DNA of 64,000 bases from an uncultured virus (IMG/VR IMGVR_UViG_3300032931_000293) (Duplodnaviria; Heunggongvirae; Uroviricota; Caudoviricetes): the IMG/VR virus record IMGVR_UViG_3300032931_000293. One strand, given 5' to 3'. Shown one piece after another: positions 10,096 through 20,050 of the stretch (positions within the stretch are counted from its first letter, which is position 1; each line of letters begins with the position of its first letter). The translations under genes and the position numbers were made by a program. The notes under the pieces are model-generated. The model saw only the letters and a program-made list of their open reading frames with translations, was not told where the DNA came from and did no database searches.

Positions 10096-11556
10096 ATGGA
10101 TAAACTTGAAGCACTAAAACATTATTTTGGATATGATTCGTTTAGATCTGGTCAAGGGGAAATTATTGATGCTATTTTTGATCCTAAAGTAAATGGCGTT
10201 TTAGCCGTATTGCCCACTGGGTCAGGAAAATCAATTATTTACCAAATATCGGCTTTATTATCTAAAAATATTACTATAGTTGTTAGTCCGCTTATTTCCT
10301 TGATGAAAGATCAAGTAGACGGTATGAAGCAAAGAGGAATATCGGCAGAATTTTATAATTCATCTTTAAAAGATGAAGAAAAAGCCGATATAATGGATAA
10401 ATTGAGAAATAATAAAATAAAAATTCTTTATGTTGCGCCTGAAAGATTTGAAGATACAAATTTTATGGAAATTCTTAAAGAGAATAAAATTTCCTTATTT
10501 GCTATAGATGAATCACATTGTATATCATCTTATGGTCATAATTTTAGACCGGCATATCGCAAAATACGTAAGGCAATTTTTGAATTGAAGCCAAGCCAAG
10601 TAGTTGGATTAACTGCCACGGCAACTAAAAAAGTTCAACAAGATATTTGTAATCAATTGGGTGCTCCAAATGCTAAAAAGTTTATTATGGGATTTTTTAG
10701 GCCGGATTTAAAAATAGATATAATAAGATGCTTTTCGGATAGATTTGAAAAAATAGTAGACGATATAATGTGCTATCATGAGGATGGAATTAAGACTGGT
10801 ATAGTATATGTTGGCAAAAGAAAAGATGCCGAGACTATTGTAAACATTCTTAAAAACGAACATGAAATTAATGCTATGTTTTACCATGCCGGAATGGAAG
10901 ACGAGGATAGAACCGAGATACAAAATAAATGGTTTAAAGAGGGTGGCGTAATTGTTTGCACAACCGCAATGGCAATGGGAATTGACAAACGTGATGTCCG
11001 TTTTATTCTTCACGCATATGTTCCTAGTAGTATCGAAGATTATTATCAACAAATAGGAAGAGCCTCAAGAGATGGACTTGGGGCAGATTGTAGGATGTTC
11101 GTTGATCTTTATGAAGATACGAGATTTTTAAATTGGATGATTGATGCGAGTTATCCAAAGCCCGAAGTAGTTGAAAAGTTTTGGAAGTATGTTAATAATA
11201 TATCAAGGGATAATGATGGGATTATCAAACAAACTCAAGAGGAAATGGCTAGGAGTGCGGGAATTAATCCTCTATTTGTTGGTGGGTGTGTCGGTGTTCT
11301 CAAAAAGAATAGCCTTATTAATATGGTTGAACGGGGTAAGTACGAAGTAAATTACTTTGATAACTACTTACAAGCCCCCCTTGATTTTGAAGCATTGAAA
11401 CAACTTAGAAAATCACAACAAGATAAAATGCTTGAAATTATTGACTTCATTGAGGATAAGAAGACTTGTAGAATGGTAAAAATATTAAATTACTTTGATG
11501 AAAAAGATTCTAAACCATGTGGACATTGCGATATATGTAGAAAGGCAAAGAAATGA
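10096..11556 (+). CDS. recQ: RecQ-family DNA helicase
   Basis: PTGSGKS, DESHC, GHNFRP, TATA, QQIGRASRDG, C-terminal Zn site CGHCDIC. Confidence 0.9.
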   Translation: MDKLEALKHYFGYDSFRSGQGEIIDAIFDPKVNGVLAVLPTGSGKSIIYQISALLSKNITIVVSPLISLMKDQVDGMKQRGISAEFYNSSLKDEEKADIMDKLRNNKIKILYVAPERFEDTNFMEILKENKISLFAIDESHCISSYGHNFRPAYRKIRKAIFELKPSQVVGLTATATKKVQQDICNQLGAPNAKKFIMGFFRPDLKIDIIRCFSDRFEKIVDDIMCYHEDGIKTGIVYVGKRKDAETIVNILKNEHEINAMFYHAGMEDEDRTEIQNKWFKEGGVIVCTTAMAMGIDKRDVRFILHAYVPSSIEDYYQQIGRASRDGLGADCRMFVDLYEDTRFLNWMIDASYPKPEVVEKFWKYVNNISRDNDGIIKQTQEEMARSAGINPLFVGGCVGVLKKNSLINMVERGKYEVNYFDNYLQAPLDFEALKQLRKSQQDKMLEIIDFIEDKKTCRMVKILNYFDEKDSKPCGHCDICRKAKK

Positions 11557-12137
11557 AAGAATACGTTGATCCAATTATTAAATATCCTAATAATATATTA
11601 AGAGGGATTTCTAAGCCCATTGAAGTAGTTAACGAAGAGGTAAAAGATTTTACTCAAATGTTACTCATAGTTTGTAAGAAGCAAAGTGGGTTTGGATTGT
11701 CCGCTCCACAAGTAGGGAAAAATGTTAGAATTATTGTAATTGATACTAAAAAATGCCCATTAGTTGATGACTATGGGATCGCTCCCGGAGATTGTAGTCC
11801 TACTCCAACTCCGAGAAACTATAAGAGAGAAAGAAATTGCTATCTAATTAATCCGATTATTTCTAATATAAGCACAAAAGAATTCAAATATAAAGAAGGT
11901 TGTTTAAGCATTCCGAGGGTAAATGGGTGGGTTTCAAGGCCATCAAGTTTTGATGTTACCTTTCAAGATGTTAATGGAAAAGTTCATACCGAGCATATTC
12001 AAGATACTTCAAAAGACGTTTACGGGATAATAGTTCAACATGAGATTGATCATTTGAATGGAAAATTATTTATTGACAAACTTAATAATTTTGATATGAT
12101 GAAATTAACCAACAAGATTAACAAACTAAGGAAATAA
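11553..12137 (+). CDS. def: Peptide deformylase
   Basis: GFGLSAPQVG, EGCLS, QHEIDHLNG motifs all intact. Confidence 0.92.
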   Translation: MKEYVDPIIKYPNNILRGISKPIEVVNEEVKDFTQMLLIVCKKQSGFGLSAPQVGKNVRIIVIDTKKCPLVDDYGIAPGDCSPTPTPRNYKRERNCYLINPIISNISTKEFKYKEGCLSIPRVNGWVSRPSSFDVTFQDVNGKVHTEHIQDTSKDVYGIIVQHEIDHLNGKLFIDKLNNFDMMKLTNKINKLRK

Positions 12138-12138
12138 A

Positions 12139-12372
12139 ATGGCCAAATTAGAACTCTTCCAAGCTGTTTTGAACAAAATGCTCTCTGATATCCGTGAAGA
12201 TGCCGTAGATGCATTCTCCAAGCCCCCAATTTCTGGGAACATTGATGAAATTTCCGACGAGGATATTGAAAAATATGCGTTGGATTTCCACACAAAGGGT
12301 GAAACTGGAGCATATCTTTACTTTTTATCTATTCTTGAGTTGAGAAATCTACAAAAGAAGGTATCTCAATAA
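12139..12372 (+). CDS. Hypothetical protein
   Basis: Packed ORF with RBS. Confidence 0.55.
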   Translation: MAKLELFQAVLNKMLSDIREDAVDAFSKPPISGNIDEISDEDIEKYALDFHTKGETGAYLYFLSILELRNLQKKVSQ

Positions 12373-12707
12373 TGTCAATTAAAATTCCCGTTTCCGTTGA
12401 GATAATTCAACAAATACAAAAACAATATGCAAATATTGTTGCGGGTGATGTTAAGAGAATTAATGATCCTACTAATATTTCGATAGTACCTAAAATTGTT
12501 TCGGAGATTCAAAGTAACTTGAATGAGTTTGCGAAGCAACTTTACGATAAACACGGAAGGATCGTCATTCGTGTTGGTCCCGGAGAATTTGATTATTTAG
12601 ACATTACAAGTCCACGAATTAAGGTTAGTCACACTAAAGCGGTAGTATATTTTCTTGAAACCGATAAAAAAGGAAAGCCTATTTCTAACCCCGAGGAATT
12701 GGAATAA
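12372..12707 (+). CDS. Hypothetical protein
   Basis: Stop/start overlap with the previous gene. Confidence 0.55.
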   Translation: MSIKIPVSVEIIQQIQKQYANIVAGDVKRINDPTNISIVPKIVSEIQSNLNEFAKQLYDKHGRIVIRVGPGEFDYLDITSPRIKVSHTKAVVYFLETDKKGKPISNPEELE

Positions 12708-12709
12708 CA

Positions 12710-13159
12710 ATGTCAAGTGGTGCCACTCACGATAGAGTGACATTAGCACTTACCCCTATAATTTTAGGGGTAAGTTGGTACTTTTTGGGGAATCTTTCTA
12801 TATTAGTTGGATTAGCCTTTATATTCTCTGGATTGGCTTTCAATGGAGACTTAGATATTAATTCGCAAGTTTATAATAGATGGTTTATATTTCGGTGGAT
12901 TTGGATGCCATATCAATGGTTTGGACATAGAAGCCTTTGGACTCATGGTATCTTATTTGGAACTATTATTAGAGTTTTATGGGTTGGTGTGCCAATTGTA
13001 GGAATAATGTCTCTAATGGGTTATTTTCCATTAATAGTTCCATTTCTAGTAACTTATAAGTTAGAATTAATATTAGTTTTAATTGGTTTGGAGTTGGGAA
13101 ATATATCTCATACTTTCATGGATTGGATGTCTACCGGATTCAAGAAACTTTTCAATTGA
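12710..13159 (+). CDS. DUF2227-like metal-binding membrane protein
   Basis: SGATHD, GDLDINS, WIWMPY..HRS.WTHG, SHTFMD motifs. Confidence 0.75.
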   Translation: MSSGATHDRVTLALTPIILGVSWYFLGNLSILVGLAFIFSGLAFNGDLDINSQVYNRWFIFRWIWMPYQWFGHRSLWTHGILFGTIIRVLWVGVPIVGIMSLMGYFPLIVPFLVTYKLELILVLIGLELGNISHTFMDWMSTGFKKLFN

Positions 13160-13203
13160 CTTTTGAAAACTTGGGATTAAAATCCTACAAGGAGATATAG
13201 AAA

Positions 13204-13491
13204 ATGGCTAATAGAGAGTTTGAGTCGGCAAATCTAATGATACCTAAAAAGATTCTTAAAGAATATTACATTTACTATATTAGTATTATTCAGTCCGAAT
13301 TTAATGGACTAGATACCCATTGTAAATATGTTGCAGACAGAAGAATTAAAATGGATAGATTCACTAAAGTTATTGAAGATACGGATACTTATGTAATATT
13401 TGAATTTGATTACGATGGGACTCCGAGAAAATTAAAAGGATTTAAAACTAAAGAATTTGCTTTAAACCACTTGCAAAAGGAATTAAGATGA
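13204..13491 (+). CDS. Hypothetical protein
   Basis: TTGACT-16-TAAAAT promoter and AGGAG RBS. Confidence 0.6.
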   Translation: MANREFESANLMIPKKILKEYYIYYISIIQSEFNGLDTHCKYVADRRIKMDRFTKVIEDTDTYVIFEFDYDGTPRKLKGFKTKEFALNHLQKELR

Positions 13492-13838
13492 GCATCGAAC
13501 ATATTATCAAGGAACAAGAAGATTTTGTAACTCAAGTATCTCTAACTCTTATATTTCTATATGGATATAGAAATAATCCAGAATATTTTGAACTTCTTCT
13601 CTCCATGAAAGTAAAAGAAGAGTATTCTTATGAGAAGTATAAATCAAATCCCGAGTATCTTTGGGAGACTTTAGAGGAACTTTCTTCTGATATCATTCAT
13701 GGAAGTAAGAAATTTGTTATCAAAAGTAATGGCATATTTAGTTCATTGGATTTTGTTGGAAATAAGAAAAAGAAATCGTCGGTTGAAGAGATTATTTATT
13801 ATTTCTCTCAATTTGCCGATGGCCCTTGGGAAATTTGA
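13488..13838 (+). CDS. Hypothetical protein
   Basis: ATGA overlap. Confidence 0.55.
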   Translation: MSIEHIIKEQEDFVTQVSLTLIFLYGYRNNPEYFELLLSMKVKEEYSYEKYKSNPEYLWETLEELSSDIIHGSKKFVIKSNGIFSSLDFVGNKKKKSSVEEIIYYFSQFADGPWEI

Positions 13839-13839
13839 T

Positions 13840-14064
13840 ATGGGAATAATTACTGAAGCGGTTGTGTGCAACTTGAAGTTCTCTTTAGATTCCATTAAAG
13901 AAGCTTCAAGGTGCATTAATGATGCCGAATCGTGTTGTAAAGTTGGATTTAGAAACCCTTACATTAGAACCCATATGGAAAAAATAGATATAATAAAAAA
14001 GGCATTAAAAGAACTAGAAGATGAGGTATCAAAACAGTTAGAACTTGAAAGGAAATACGAATGA
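13840..14064 (+). CDS. Hypothetical protein (start trimmed to the ATG after the previous stop)
   Basis: Operon packing. Confidence 0.5.
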   Translation: MGIITEAVVCNLKFSLDSIKEASRCINDAESCCKVGFRNPYIRTHMEKIDIIKKALKELEDEVSKQLELERKYE

Positions 14065-14330
14065 TTTTCGGATTATTCAACAAAAAACCTAAAGAAATTC
14101 CAAGCGGAAACTTTGAAACTAATTGTTGCTTTATGAAGCAAATAACTCTAAATCATCCTAATGGTTCTGTTAATATTTCAATCCAAGGAAAAGACGGGAA
14201 GAACGTAGATTATGTTTCAAAGAGAATTGAAGAGGTTTTTAATGCTCCAAAAGTTGACTTGGCGAATATTAGTGAAAAATTTTACAATGAAATGTTTGAA
14301 ATAGTTAAACAATTTAACAAAGGAAAATAA
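14061..14330 (+). CDS. Hypothetical protein
   Basis: ATGA overlap, RBS. Confidence 0.55.
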   Translation: MIFGLFNKKPKEIPSGNFETNCCFMKQITLNHPNGSVNISIQGKDGKNVDYVSKRIEEVFNAPKVDLANISEKFYNEMFEIVKQFNKGK

Positions 14331-14331
14331 T

Positions 14332-14589
14332 ATGGCCGTTTCACTTTCGGATAAACAAAAAGAACTTATTTTTACTAAAATGTTCGCATTCGTAAATGAG
14401 CCATATAGCCTTGATTTTATGAAACAAGAAAATTGGTTTCAATTAAGAACGTGGAACCAAGACGCAGAGACTCTTTTTAAGAATTGGCTTGTGAAATACT
14501 TCCAACAAAACTTAGAGATGCGAAAGTCACTTGCCACCAAGGCGGCAGATTGGTTCATGTTAAACTACGGTTGGAAAATTAAGGAGTAA
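14332..14589 (+). CDS. Hypothetical protein
   Basis: RBS, packing. Confidence 0.6.
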   Translation: MAVSLSDKQKELIFTKMFAFVNEPYSLDFMKQENWFQLRTWNQDAETLFKNWLVKYFQQNLEMRKSLATKAADWFMLNYGWKIKE

Positions 14590-14592
14590 ATT

Positions 14593-14865
14593 ATGAAAGA
14601 ATTGCCTTCATATATGTTTAAATGTGCTAGTTGCAAAGATCAAATGTTTGATTATATTGAAGACTTTTTAGAATATATATCCGAAGGTTATACTCGTCCG
14701 GTTGATTGGGATAATCTAGAAGACGGCAAAGACGCCCACGACGAAACTTTTGATGAAGTATTTTCTAATCATAGTTGTACTAAAGTAAAATGTCCATGGT
14801 GTGGATATGAGAACACATATCATAGTTTCTATGATAATAGAGATTTAATAGTTAATCTAAGATAA
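14593..14865 (+). CDS. Zn-ribbon protein
   Basis: CASC and CPWC pairs. Confidence 0.6.
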   Translation: MKELPSYMFKCASCKDQMFDYIEDFLEYISEGYTRPVDWDNLEDGKDAHDETFDEVFSNHSCTKVKCPWCGYENTYHSFYDNRDLIVNLR

Positions 14866-14867
14866 TT

Positions 14868-15128
14868 ATGCATCCATTAGTAGTTCATTGCAAAAAATCA
14901 AAATATGATGTCTATTGTGGAAGGCCATCACCTTTCGGAAATCCATTTGAGATTGGCAAAGATGGCAATAGAAAACAAGTTATTGAGAAGTTTGAAAAGT
15001 GGATCGCACATAATCCGGAGTTAATTGAGGAAGTTAGAAGAGAATTAAAAGGTAAAGTTTTAGGATGTTGGTGTGCCCCTTTAGATTGTCATTGCGATAT
15101 ATTAGCAAGGATTGCCAATGAAAATTAA
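14868..15128 (+). CDS. DUF4326 protein
   Basis: YCGRPSPFGNPF and LGCWCAP..CHCDIL motifs. Confidence 0.85.
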   Translation: MHPLVVHCKKSKYDVYCGRPSPFGNPFEIGKDGNRKQVIEKFEKWIAHNPELIEEVRRELKGKVLGCWCAPLDCHCDILARIANEN

Positions 15129-15444
15129 ACAATATTTAGTTCTACGACCATCTATTAGCCCGGCCGTTGCTTGTATTGCGGTTGGACATGGTGTTCTCGG
15201 TTCTTATTTGAAATGGAAAGATGAAACTATTGTTCAAGATTGGATATCTGGAAAATATGGCCCATTTTATAAAGTAATTTGCCAAGCAAGAGACTTGAAT
15301 GAATGGGAAGCAATCAAAAAGTGGCCCAATAATATTATAATAACAGAAAGTAATCTTGATAATCTTGATATATGTGCCGCTTTTAAGCCTTTTGAATGGT
15401 CTAAAGGTAGTATTTTTAACGAATTAAAACTTTATGGGGGCTAA
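15118..15444 (+). CDS. Peptidyl-tRNA hydrolase Pth2-like protein
   Basis: KQYLVLR...AVGHG...W....KVIC pattern of the PTH2 fold. Confidence 0.6.
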   Translation: MKIKQYLVLRPSISPAVACIAVGHGVLGSYLKWKDETIVQDWISGKYGPFYKVICQARDLNEWEAIKKWPNNIIITESNLDNLDICAAFKPFEWSKGSIFNELKLYGG

Positions 15445-15445
15445 T

Positions 15446-15637
15446 ATGTATTGTTTTGTTACCGACTCGTCGGGCCATTGGTTCAAAATTGACGTTTCTC
15501 AAAAACAAGATTTTGAAGATTACGTTGAGTCTATGGAAAATGATGCGTGTTGGGAAGGTGAAGACTATAGTCAATATAGATGTATGCACCCAGTTAATTA
15601 TATGTTTCCTATACTTGAGGTCCTAAAAGAAAGTTGA
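15446..15637 (+). CDS. Hypothetical protein
   Basis: DSSGHWF motif; packing. Confidence 0.55.
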   Translation: MYCFVTDSSGHWFKIDVSQKQDFEDYVESMENDACWEGEDYSQYRCMHPVNYMFPILEVLKES

Positions 15638-15685
15638 TTTAAAATAAATTTGGAAGTAATATATGAAGAAGAACAAGGAGATGTA

Positions 15686-16222
15686 ATGAAAGATACTTTA
15701 ATTATAGGTGCTGTTGCTGGCCCCGGCGCCGGAAAGTCAACATTTTCGGGTGGTTTATTTAATAAATTAAAAACTTCGGGTATTAATTGCGAATATGTGC
15801 AAGAGTATGCTAAAACATTAACTTGGGAAAAGAATTTTGAGGCACTAAAACATCAATTTTATGTTTCCGGGGTTCAATCTTATACTCAAGATATGCTTAT
15901 AGGGCAAGTAGAAGCAATTATAACAGATTCCCCAATAGTAATAGGATTAATGTACTATAAAGAGGAAAATGATAATATTAGAAAGGCATTTGAAACTTAT
16001 ATAGTTGAGTCATTTAGAAGACAAAATAATATAACATTCTTCGTTAATAGAAAAAGAAAATATAATCCAATCGGTAGAACACAAAAAGAATCCGAGGCTA
16101 TTGAAATAGATAATAGAATTAAAAAGTTGTTTCAAGATAATGCCTTGAGTTATATCGAAGTTGATGGAGACGATTTTGGATTAGATAAAGCATATAATAT
16201 AGTCTTAAAGGAGTTACAATGA
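15686..16222 (+). CDS. P-loop nucleotide kinase-like protein (NadR/AAA_28 type)
   Basis: AGPGAGKST Walker A, EYAK, ITDSP, GRTQ; AGGAG RBS before ATG 15686. Confidence 0.75.
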   Translation: MKDTLIIGAVAGPGAGKSTFSGGLFNKLKTSGINCEYVQEYAKTLTWEKNFEALKHQFYVSGVQSYTQDMLIGQVEAIITDSPIVIGLMYYKEENDNIRKAFETYIVESFRRQNNITFFVNRKRKYNPIGRTQKESEAIEIDNRIKKLFQDNALSYIEVDGDDFGLDKAYNIVLKELQ

Positions 16223-17142
16223 ATTTACCACAACCAGGATCCGCAACATGGCTTTCTCAAGGGGAATACAACGCAGTCTTGAGAATGCGAAAAGAATCTG
16301 AACATGAAGAATATAAGTATCTTCATCTACTTCAAAATATACTAGAGAATGGTATTGAAAAGGGTGATAGAACTGGTACCGGTACTAAAAGTATTCCGCA
16401 TGCAACTCTTTCATATGATTTATCAAAGGGGTTTCCTCTTTTGACTACTAAAAAGATGGCTTGGAAAGTTATGAAAGTGGAGTTGGAGGGGTTTATTAAA
16501 GGAATAACTTCTAAAAAATGGTATCAAGATCGTGGATGCCATATATGGGATGAGTGGTGCAATCCAAGAAAAGTTCCATATGGACATGATATTGATACTA
16601 TGAAAAGAATGAAAGAAGAGGATGATTTGGGGGTCATATATGGCTCACAATGGAGAAATTTTAATAATCAAGGATATGATCAACTTAAAGTTATTGTTGA
16701 TACATTAAAGAAAAATCCTAATGATAGAAGAATGGTTTGTTCGGCGTGGAACCCGTGTGTTTTAGGCGATGTTGCATTGCCGAGTTGTCATTATTCTTGG
16801 TGTGTTAGTGTGTGTGGAAAAAAATTAAATCTATCATATACAATGCGGAGTGTAGATACTGGTTGCGGGGAGCCGTTTAATCAAGCATCATATTCGCTTC
16901 TTTGCCATCTTCTAGCCAAGGAAGCTAACCTAGAGGAAGGAATTGTCACGGGATTTTTGAATAATGTACACATATATAACAATCATATTCCCGGATTAAT
17001 GGAACAAATAAATCGTATTCCGTTTAAATTTCCTTCAATCAAAACAGATAAATTTACTTCTATATTTGAATGGGAATCATCCGATACGGTTTTGATTAAC
17101 TACGAGTCTCATCCGAAAATTTCTCTACCAATTGCAGTTTGA
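16219..17142 (+). CDS. thyA: Thymidylate synthase
   Basis: DRTGTGT, FPLLTTK, YGSQWR, ALPSCH, RSVD..G.PFN, HIY. Confidence 0.93.
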   Translation: MNLPQPGSATWLSQGEYNAVLRMRKESEHEEYKYLHLLQNILENGIEKGDRTGTGTKSIPHATLSYDLSKGFPLLTTKKMAWKVMKVELEGFIKGITSKKWYQDRGCHIWDEWCNPRKVPYGHDIDTMKRMKEEDDLGVIYGSQWRNFNNQGYDQLKVIVDTLKKNPNDRRMVCSAWNPCVLGDVALPSCHYSWCVSVCGKKLNLSYTMRSVDTGCGEPFNQASYSLLCHLLAKEANLEEGIVTGFLNNVHIYNNHIPGLMEQINRIPFKFPSIKTDKFTSIFEWESSDTVLINYESHPKISLPIAV

Positions 17143-18184
17143 TTATTGATAATATATAATCTCTATTCTCTTTTACATATATTCTATCAATAAATTTAAA
17201 CTCTTTCCATTTTTCATCTTTTGACCTACATCTAAACTCAACAGATGTGGGGGATATATTTAGATGGTTGGATGCTTCACGAGATGAGAAATAATATTTA
17301 CCGTTGGCTATTACCATTTTTATATTTTGTTTAGAATTTATAACTCTATCAATTCGTTCTTCAAAAGTCATATTTTTATATTTTTCTTTGCGGGAATTTG
17401 ACATTTTAATTTTTGATTCTTTGGTATGCCCAACTCCATATAATGGGTGGTTCTCCCCACTATTTCTAATACTCATTTTCTTTTTACATTTAATTCCTTC
17501 TTCCGAATTGTAGAAGTTAAATGAGGCTTCTTTACATTTAAGTTTACTTTCTTTAGATAATTTTTTTCCTATATGACTTTTTCTTAATTTTTCTTTGGTT
17601 TCTTCGGAGTGGTGTTTACCAAAGAAAGAATTATTTTCTCCATTTCTATCATCACATTGTTTACAAGTTGATGTGTTTTTATTAGTAGTATTTGTTTCTT
17701 TTCCACATATAGGGCATTTGAATTTTATACGAGATATCCCACCTTTCCAATTTGGATTACCGTTTCCTTTCATATTTTCAGAAAATTCAAGTTTTTCTTC
17801 TTCCGATTTCATATTCCATCTTTTCTTAGTGGATATTCTTTGTTTCTCTCTTATGGTATCAATATTCGGATGGTACGAAATTAAGTCTCCACCGGAAGCG
17901 AATTTTGACATATTATATCCAACTTGTTCATCCCATGGTTTAAATGTATCCAAATAATATTGTTCTTTTTCTATAATTAATTCATTTGGTACTTCTTCTA
18001 TTATCTCAAAAATAAAAGAAGCTTCTCCATATTTTACCCAAGCTCGTTGGAGATGAATACTATGATGTTTATTATGTCGTAAATCATATCTATGAAATTT
18101 CCATCTAGTATTGATATTTTCGCTACTTCCTAAATAATATTTTCCATTTACTTTATTAATTATTTTATAAATTCCACAAGTCAT
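17096..18184 (-). CDS. Free-standing GIY-YIG homing endonuclease with NUMOD3 repeats
   Basis: GIYKI...YLGSS, GYN, FFGKHHSEETKEK and GHTKESKIKMS repeats. Confidence 0.88.
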   Translation of the reverse strand: MTCGIYKIINKVNGKYYLGSSENINTRWKFHRYDLRHNKHHSIHLQRAWVKYGEASFIFEIIEEVPNELIIEKEQYYLDTFKPWDEQVGYNMSKFASGGDLISYHPNIDTIREKQRISTKKRWNMKSEEEKLEFSENMKGNGNPNWKGGISRIKFKCPICGKETNTTNKNTSTCKQCDDRNGENNSFFGKHHSEETKEKLRKSHIGKKLSKESKLKCKEASFNFYNSEEGIKCKKKMSIRNSGENHPLYGVGHTKESKIKMSNSRKEKYKNMTFEERIDRVINSKQNIKMVIANGKYYFSSREASNHLNISPTSVEFRCRSKDEKWKEFKFIDRIYVKENRDYILSIIKLQLVEKFSDETRS

Positions 18185-18185
18185 A

Positions 18186-18581
18186 TTAATTTCCTTTTAT
18201 ATTAACCGATGTTTCCGTATTCAATCCTACAAATCTCAAATACTCGCTAAGATTCTTGAATCCACATTCTTTCGACTTTTGTAACATTATAGATTTCTCA
18301 ACTTTAGATATTCTCAAATTAATTAATTGTTCTTTTTCTTCTCCAAGCAATTCTCCTATTTCCGGTATGTCTATATTAGTATGTAAAGGCAACACTTCAA
18401 CACAAGTATCTCCTTTGTATATTGGAATATACATACATTTAACATATTCTGGAAAATTAACACTACTCTCAAATTTATTTTTAAATTCATTTAAATAATC
18501 TTCTACTTTTTCCTTTGGAAGTACACCGATGAACACTCTCCATATTATTACTAATTTAGTTGGTTCTTTGAAGTTTATCAT
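18186..18581 (-). CDS. Small protein with portal-like N-terminal motif and C-terminal ribbon-helix-helix (MobC-like) domain
   Basis: INLRISKVEK...G..NLSEYLR RHH pattern; GGAG RBS before ATG 18581; late promoter at 18617. Confidence 0.55.
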   Translation of the reverse strand: MINFKEPTKLVIIWRVFIGVLPKEKVEDYLNEFKNKFESSVNFPEYVKCMYIPIYKGDTCVEVLPLHTNIDIPEIGELLGEEKEQLINLRISKVEKSIMLQKSKECGFKNLSEYLRFVGLNTETSVNIKGN

Positions 18582-18681
18582 AATTGTCTCCTTGTATATA
18601 GATTTGATATACATTATATTTATAAGACAACTCTTGATTTTGGAAAACTATTTTGTATAATCCATAAAGAGGAATTAATAG

Positions 18682-18954
18682 ATGCCATTAACTCAACTTG
18701 AAATAGCACAATATATTACAAAAATTTCATTGTCGTGGGGAAACCCCATCGTTCATTTTGGCGACGATAATACAATCGGTTTGGCTTGGAGTACAAAAGA
18801 TTTCTATGGAGATATAGAAATAACAAATACTTTAAATGTATACTTCGCAATGAGTAAAGATAGAGTACATATTAATTTCATAACGGTTAATGGTGTTGAA
18901 AACTTATCCGATTTAGATGATGCCCTAAAAAAATTCTCTAATATATTTAAATAA
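18682..18954 (+). CDS. Hypothetical protein
   Basis: TTGATT-16-TATAAT promoter, RBS. Confidence 0.6.
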   Translation: MPLTQLEIAQYITKISLSWGNPIVHFGDDNTIGLAWSTKDFYGDIEITNTLNVYFAMSKDRVHINFITVNGVENLSDLDDALKKFSNIFK

Positions 18955-18962
18955 GGAATTAT

Positions 18963-19145
18963 ATGGATGATTGGAAAACTAATTGGGAAGCATATCTAAA
19001 TAGTTCTAAAATAGAACCAACTCATAATGGTTCTATAAAAATTGATTTAAAAGATATAGATTTTTACATTCCCCCACTATTAGGGATTACCCCCGAAGAT
19101 TTTAAAGCAATCCAAAAACACAACGCAAAGAAAAGGATATTCTAA
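18963..19145 (+). CDS. Hypothetical protein
   Basis: RBS, packing. Confidence 0.5.
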   Translation: MDDWKTNWEAYLNSSKIEPTHNGSIKIDLKDIDFYIPPLLGITPEDFKAIQKHNAKKRIF

Positions 19146-19411
19146 TGATTTACGATATTACTATACCAACAATGAGACAAAAACTCCTTAATGATGCTAT
19201 ATTAGAGGGGGATGATTGTCCAGTAGATGATATATGCGATTCAATTCCTTCAATTATTAAAATTGTCAATGCACTAGAAGGAAAGTTAAGAGATTATAAG
19301 AATCATAATGCTAAACTTAGTGCAAATTTTAGTGATGCCGAGAGAAAAATAAACAACTTAAAGAGTCAAAAAGAAAGAAGAAATAAAAAGAAAGATAGAA
19401 GAAGAGGATGA
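19145..19411 (+). CDS. Hypothetical coiled-coil protein
   Basis: Packing. Confidence 0.5.
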   Translation: MIYDITIPTMRQKLLNDAILEGDDCPVDDICDSIPSIIKIVNALEGKLRDYKNHNAKLSANFSDAERKINNLKSQKERRNKKKDRRRG

Positions 19412-19743
19412 TATATTATATTGATTTTGATTGTACGATTTGTCCTGGCTCAGAGGCACTCCCACCCCAACAAGAATGCATTGAAGTTCTAAATAGACTT
19501 AAAGAATGTAATAATTATATTTTTATATATTCCTGTAGGGCAAATTCTCAATTGGTTGAAGATAAAGATATTGCCATTAGAGATATGGTCAATTATCTTA
19601 AATATTATAATATTCCATATGATGGAATAATCCACGATAAGCCACTATTTAACTATTACATAGACGATAGAAATATTGGAACGCCGTTAACTAATGAGGG
19701 AATGGTGGATTGGAAAGAAATTAAAAAATTACTTTCAAAATAA
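19408..19743 (+). CDS. HAD-superfamily phosphatase
   Basis: IDFDCTI motif I, SCR, KP...YIDDR. Confidence 0.75.
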   Translation: MIYYIDFDCTICPGSEALPPQQECIEVLNRLKECNNYIFIYSCRANSQLVEDKDIAIRDMVNYLKYYNIPYDGIIHDKPLFNYYIDDRNIGTPLTNEGMVDWKEIKKLLSK

Positions 19744-19992
19744 TTATAAAGTTAATTCGGTTGGTTTTAATTCTTTAGTGTCTAAAATTTCACTGTAATC
19801 TAAAGCCGATTTATTGAGTGCATTAGAAAAACTTAATAAGTCGGCTTTAAGATTTTCCAATAAGTTCCCATAAGGAATTGATGGTTCTTTTGATATAAAA
19901 TAATATTTTCCATCCTTTTCAAATAATTTCATTATATAATAACCTTCGGAGTTCTTGAAAACTACTCTATATTCAAAATTTCCATAGTTCAT
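19744..19992 (-). CDS. Hypothetical phage protein
   Basis: RBS and late-like AATAAATA at 20011. Confidence 0.55.
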   Translation of the reverse strand: MNYGNFEYRVVFKNSEGYYIMKLFEKDGKYYFISKEPSIPYGNLLENLKADLLSFSNALNKSALDYSEILDTKELKPTELTL

Positions 19993-20050
19993 AAAATTCC
20001 CTCTATCTTATATTTATTTTGGACTTATGATATGTTAAAGGAATATATTT

